The notes under the pieces are model-generated. The model saw only the letters and a list, made by a program, of their open reading frames with translations. It searched no databases and was not told the origin of the DNA. Positions 58,130 to 64,000 of a DNA stretch of 64,000 nt are shown here, piece after piece. Positions within the stretch are counted from its first letter, which is position 1. Every line of letters begins with the position of its first letter. The stretch lies in NCBI GenBank assembly GCA_033442325.1, contig JAWQFM010000002.1, positions 1,750,307 to 1,814,306 of the forward strand, in the 5' to 3' direction. Made by a program: the position numbers and the translations under genes. The stretch is from Salpingoeca rosetta (Eukaryota > Protista > Choanoflagellata).

Positions 58130-58411
58130 GGCGATACCACAGCTGCACACGAGGGTGCACATGACTGATGTTTTCAATTGCGTGCACGCATGCGAGGTTG
58201 CAAGCGTGTCGGCTTATGTGTGTGTGTGTGTTACCCGAATGGCTTGTGCGCCAGGCTGCTTGCTTGCTTGCTTGTTTGCTTGCTTGCTTGCATGCTTGGA
58301 TATCATTCTGTTCTCTTGTCTTTTCTCTTGTTATTCTTCTGACCTCGTACATCATGAAGTAATGGACCCACAACATCGAATACACTGTTATTCACGAGAG
58401 AGCCTTCACGC

Positions 58412-58526
<115 letters not shown>

Positions 58527-58530
58527 CTTA

Positions 58531-58630
58531 NNNNNNNNNNNNNNNNNNNNNNNNNNNNNNNNNNNNNNNNNNNNNNNNNNNNNNNNNNNNNNNNNNNNNN
58601 NNNNNNNNNNNNNNNNNNNNNNNNNNNNNN
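58531..58630. other. Assembly gap (100 N) within a (CA)n tract between SECISBP2 and the m-AAA protease gene
   Basis: Run of N. Confidence 0.99.
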
Positions 58631-58675
<45 letters not shown>

Positions 58676-58768
58676 ATTTTTGGCTGTCGCCTGTCGACAA
58701 CCCCCGAACAGCGGAACAGCCGCAACAGCAACAACAGCGAAACAGAAGACAAGAAGAAGACAGAAGAG

Positions 58769-64000
<5,232 letters not shown>

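Noticed and set aside
54463-58400. Selenoprotein gene or SECIS element linked to SECISBP2
   Set aside because: No in-frame TGA at a conserved Cys position and no convincing SECIS stem found by eye; a SECISearch run would be needed.

Overview
Gene-dense, intron-rich eukaryotic DNA. Introns and UTRs are packed with (GT)n/(CA)n microsatellites, exons are GC-rich, and the housekeeping genes resemble animal orthologs. This style strongly suggests a choanoflagellate such as Salpingoeca rosetta (inference, not verified). Most long ORFs in the six-frame track are microsatellite artefacts. Splicing exons by hand (GT-AG, phase-checked) gives about 15 genes in order: OGFr-family (+), C1orf50/DUF2452 (+), ZNHIT3-like with an RGG box (-), dymeclin (+), ANKS3-like (-), GCKR/double-MurQ (+), an uncharacterised coiled-coil protein (-), WDR18/Ipi3 (+), Rab11 (-), Nup98-Nup96 (-), SETD6-like (+), TMEM53/DUF829 (+), an intronless secreted coiled-coil protein (+), SECISBP2 (+) and a paraplegin/AFG3-type m-AAA protease (+, runs off the window). 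There are two 100-N assembly gaps. I found no rRNA, tRNA, CRISPR array or transposon. Most notable: (1) the secreted protein has a cubilin-like N-terminal motif, a coiled-coil stalk and an unassigned Cys-containing head, and starts only 44 bp after the probable TMEM53 stop; (2) the GKRP homolog keeps the bacterial MurQ DASEC-PTY catalytic motif, suggesting catabolism of prey peptidoglycan; (3) a strand-specific repeat grammar places GT after exons and CA before exons, with several acceptors lacking any polypyrimidine tract, suggesting structure- or repeat-guided splicing; (4) a 19-bp intronic minisatellite with higher-order structure abuts a 3' splice site. All homology calls come from recalled motifs, not database searches.
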